From positions 1 through 35,214 of IMG/VR virus record IMGVR_UViG_3300020045_007904: a stretch of DNA of 35,214 bases, one strand, 5' to 3'. Within the stretch, counting starts at the first letter, position 1, and every line of letters starts with the position of its first letter. Both the position numbers and the translations under genes were made by a program. The stretch comes from a virus (Duplodnaviria; Caudoviricetes). This document shows positions 33,042-35,214 of the stretch, one piece after another. The notes beneath the pieces were generated by a model. It made no database searches. It had not been told where the DNA came from and was given only the letters and a program-made list of their open reading frames with translations.

Positions 33042-33248
33042 TTACGGGCGTCCTCCAAGTGAAACAGGTGCTAAACGTGCAACTACCTCCTTAATGCCAG
33101 CACGTACTCCTGAGAGTAATACTGCTACCCAGAAAGCTGATGTCCATTCAATCGTTCCTATTGAAAGCATAGCTCCTGCCGTGGTAAGAAAACCTGTCGC
33201 AAACGTAAGACAAGCTGATATGATGTGTTCTCGAATAATTGGATTCAT
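33042..33248 (-). CDS. Putative holin
   Basis: 68 aa, two hydrophobic segments and a basic C-terminus, adjacent to the endolysin. Confidence 0.65.
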   Translation of the reverse strand: MNPIIREHIISACLTFATGFLTTAGAMLSIGTIEWTSAFWVAVLLSGVRAGIKEVVARLAPVSLGGRP

Positions 33249-33270
33249 ACAATTATATTAGCATAATAAT

Positions 33271-34374
33271 CTACGACCTTTGAGTTCCGAAGATGTCATT
33301 TAACGCCAGACGAGTTTTTGGTCCCACATTCTTTTCCGACGTAGGATTGATACCTTCATCAGTTTGAAATGAGAGTACAGCTCTAGACGTAATCAAACCA
33401 TAGAAGCCTGTTGAGCTGGGTTTGAAATACCCCATATAGTGAAGACATTTTTGTAACCACACCACTTCGTCCGACCTATCACCGAACTGAAGATTAACCG
33501 TAAAGATGTGATAGGGTTTTGTCTTAGGACGTATCGTAGCAAGAACAGCGTATGGAATATAGTAGTCGTTCGACAACGTCTTTTGAAACGGGTCGTACTG
33601 GTCTAGAATATCATAGAGTTGTTCAACTGAGTAAAGTTCCACTCCGTGTTCAGCTTGTTTTTTTCCACAGTACGTTACGTCGCCGTCGTTCCAATTAGGA
33701 CATACGGGTACTCCGATATGAACAGGGGCGGATTGTAAGGCTGTTGAAAGAATCGAAAACTGATTTCCTCCGCTTCCTTGTAAGAAGTCCCATACCGATT
33801 TTATAGCTCCGTTCAGTCCTGATGTAATTTTATATGTCCATTCGATTTCAAAAAACTCGTTGAACTTCTTAGCTTTCGTAAGCATTTCTTGAGTTATGAG
33901 AGAACGATTGTAGTAGTCCTTCCAGAAGTCACTCGGAGTGATAAAACGTCTAGATTCCTCGAGTGTATATGAGAAGTCTTTTTCAGGGAGTAAACCGTAC
34001 TTCACGAAACCACTCCAAACAGGGTCGAAGGAGTTTCCTGTTGCTGGATTTGTTCCGTTCATAATTGCGGAGAATCTGTCAGAGAAATTGAACTTTCCGT
34101 TCTCGTCAAAATATCCGTTATCACGGCACCATGTTAGCGTCTCGACTGGAATCTGTCCTATACTGTTAAGATGATTAAGCTCAGTTTCTAGAATGTTCGT
34201 TCCGCTGTACGTCATGCACGCATTCGTATCAAATACGAATTTCTGTCGCTCGAATGAAGGTAAGAAGGATTTCCACGCTTGAGGTGTGATACCTAAAATG
34301 TGAGGTTTTCCTTTAGGAAAAAGTATCTTTAATGAAGGTTTCTTGAAGCCTGTGTTTTTTAATGAATGTTTCAT
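33271..34374 (-). CDS. Putative endolysin: papain-like cysteine peptidase plus peptidoglycan-binding domain
   Basis: Q..FDTNACMTYS (Cys), EHGVELY (His), DQY; C-terminal LQFGDRSDEVVWLQKCL...TGFYGLITSRAVLSFQ...VGPKTRLALN (PG_binding_1). Confidence 0.8.
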   Translation of the reverse strand: MKHSLKNTGFKKPSLKILFPKGKPHILGITPQAWKSFLPSFERQKFVFDTNACMTYSGTNILETELNHLNSIGQIPVETLTWCRDNGYFDENGKFNFSDRFSAIMNGTNPATGNSFDPVWSGFVKYGLLPEKDFSYTLEESRRFITPSDFWKDYYNRSLITQEMLTKAKKFNEFFEIEWTYKITSGLNGAIKSVWDFLQGSGGNQFSILSTALQSAPVHIGVPVCPNWNDGDVTYCGKKQAEHGVELYSVEQLYDILDQYDPFQKTLSNDYYIPYAVLATIRPKTKPYHIFTVNLQFGDRSDEVVWLQKCLHYMGYFKPSSTGFYGLITSRAVLSFQTDEGINPTSEKNVGPKTRLALNDIFGTQRS

Positions 34375-34628
34375 AATGGTTTTATTACTTCTGTCGTTGT
34401 TCCTATTCGACCATTTGAGAAATAAGAATCTGATGAGCTTTGAATGAGTTTAGCATTATCGATTTTATTCTCGATTCTAATGCTCGTTTCTTTTATAGAT
34501 TCGATTGAAGTCTGAATACTCGCTAATTGAGCATGGTCGGTGAAAATTGTGTACGAAAGAGCAGTACACCAAGCGTAAAGAGCCATGACTGCTGTTACCA
34601 CTGAAATTGTAGCTCCTCCTTTGCTCAT
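34371..34628 (-). CDS. Small membrane protein (TM plus coiled coil), lysis-module associated
   Basis: Hydrophobic N-terminus then LASIQTSIESIKETSIRIENKID. Confidence 0.6.
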   Translation of the reverse strand: MSKGGATISVVTAVMALYAWCTALSYTIFTDHAQLASIQTSIESIKETSIRIENKIDNAKLIQSSSDSYFSNGRIGTTTEVIKPL

Positions 34629-34629
34629 A

Positions 34630-35214
34630 TTATTCTCCAAAGACTATAATATCTTGCGGTGGTTTGAACGTGGGAGCGGAAACGGAACTCTCAATGACGA
34701 GCTTTGGGTCACTTGCTGTCGTTGCTGTATCGGCGGCCACGACTCGTAACCAAGAGGACAGGGAATCTCCCCACGGGGGCTGAGAGTTCGCTACGTCATA
34801 GTTTGCATTACGAGTACCAAACTTACTCACCCCGTTGACGATAGCGGCTATTCCTGAAGCATTTAATGCGAAGTCATTGTAAGCGACAGTAGAAAACCCT
34901 GAATACGTTATCGCTGTCGAAAAAGCAGTCGAGCCAAGGGAATCAAAATCACCCGCCACTAACGTTGTGTTTGACGCTGGATTAGAAGAATAGATGTTAA
35001 TGTCGGGTGTTGCTGACAAGGCATCGGCTTTTCCAAGTCCAAACAGAGAAATGGTTCCAGAGTTTGCTGTACCAGTAAAAGGACAGTCGAATAAAAAGAT
35101 ACCTCGATACAATGTCTGGAACTTGTCAGTAGTCGCTGACGTGTCGAAGTATGTTGCAAAAGCAAATGTATCTGTATCGGAAGCATTAGTTCCAGCATGT
35201 CCCACTAAAGTCGA
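34630..35214 (-). CDS. 3' part of the junction-spanning protein; DNRLRE-like beta-sandwich
   Basis: In frame with 763..1; YRGIFLFD...SGTISLF...DPKLVIE pattern. Confidence 0.8.
   Translation of the reverse strand, partial: STLVGHAGTNASDTDTFAFATYFDTSATTDKFQTLYRGIFLFDCPFTGTANSGTISLFGLGKADALSATPDINIYSSNPASNTTLVAGDFDSLGSTAFSTAITYSGFSTVAYNDFALNASGIAAIVNGVSKFGTRNANYDVANSQPPWGDSLSSWLRVVAADTATTASDPKLVIESSVSAPTFKPPQDIIVFGE
35094..35214. repeat. Terminal direct repeat, copy 2
   Basis: Identical to 1-121. Confidence 0.97.

Noticed and set aside
207-35198. Plus-strand and nested alternative-frame ORFs in the track (e.g. 207..548, 10782..11174, 16349..16852, 20449..20784)
   Set aside because: They are shadows of well-supported minus-strand genes, with no recognisable motifs.
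35094-35214. 121-bp repeat as a biological terminal repeat or att site
   Set aside because: It lies inside a continuous ORF and has a k-mer-like length, so an assembly overlap is the simpler explanation.
1-35214. Stop-codon reassignment (code 25 or 15)
   Set aside because: Core genes are full length in code 11, and TGA/TAG act as stops at coupled junctions.

Overview
This window is a complete circular dsDNA tailed-phage genome of about 35,093 bp. Bases 1-121 are repeated exactly at 35094-35214, most likely as an assembly overlap, and one gene crosses the junction. Virtually all credible genes are on the minus strand and use the standard code. The modules are: terminase, portal, scaffold, major capsid, adaptor, nozzle and ejection-type proteins (podovirus-like; no tape measure or sheath recognised); holin plus papain-like endolysin; a recombination module (PD-(D/E)xK exonuclease, SSB-like protein, NinG); several HNH/NUMOD3 endonucleases; and a divergent GroEL/GroES pair. 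I recognised no integrase, polymerase, primase or helicase. A Patescibacteria/CPR host is inferred from mostly SD-less and leaderless starts, S/T-rich signal-peptide proteins and DnaA-box promoters. Most notable: (i) four promoters with a perfect DnaA box exactly 6 nt upstream of the -35, alongside a phage protein carrying a DnaA domain-IV-like HTH signature; (ii) several structured non-coding RNAs, including a tRNA-like RNA with large inserts, a kissing-loop attenuator and covarying H-type pseudoknots before start codons; (iii) virion genes built by mixing two repeated small domains; (iv) an SD-led island of zinc-finger mini-genes ending in an MNNNN minigene. All protein calls come from motif recognition and gene context by eye, with no database searches.
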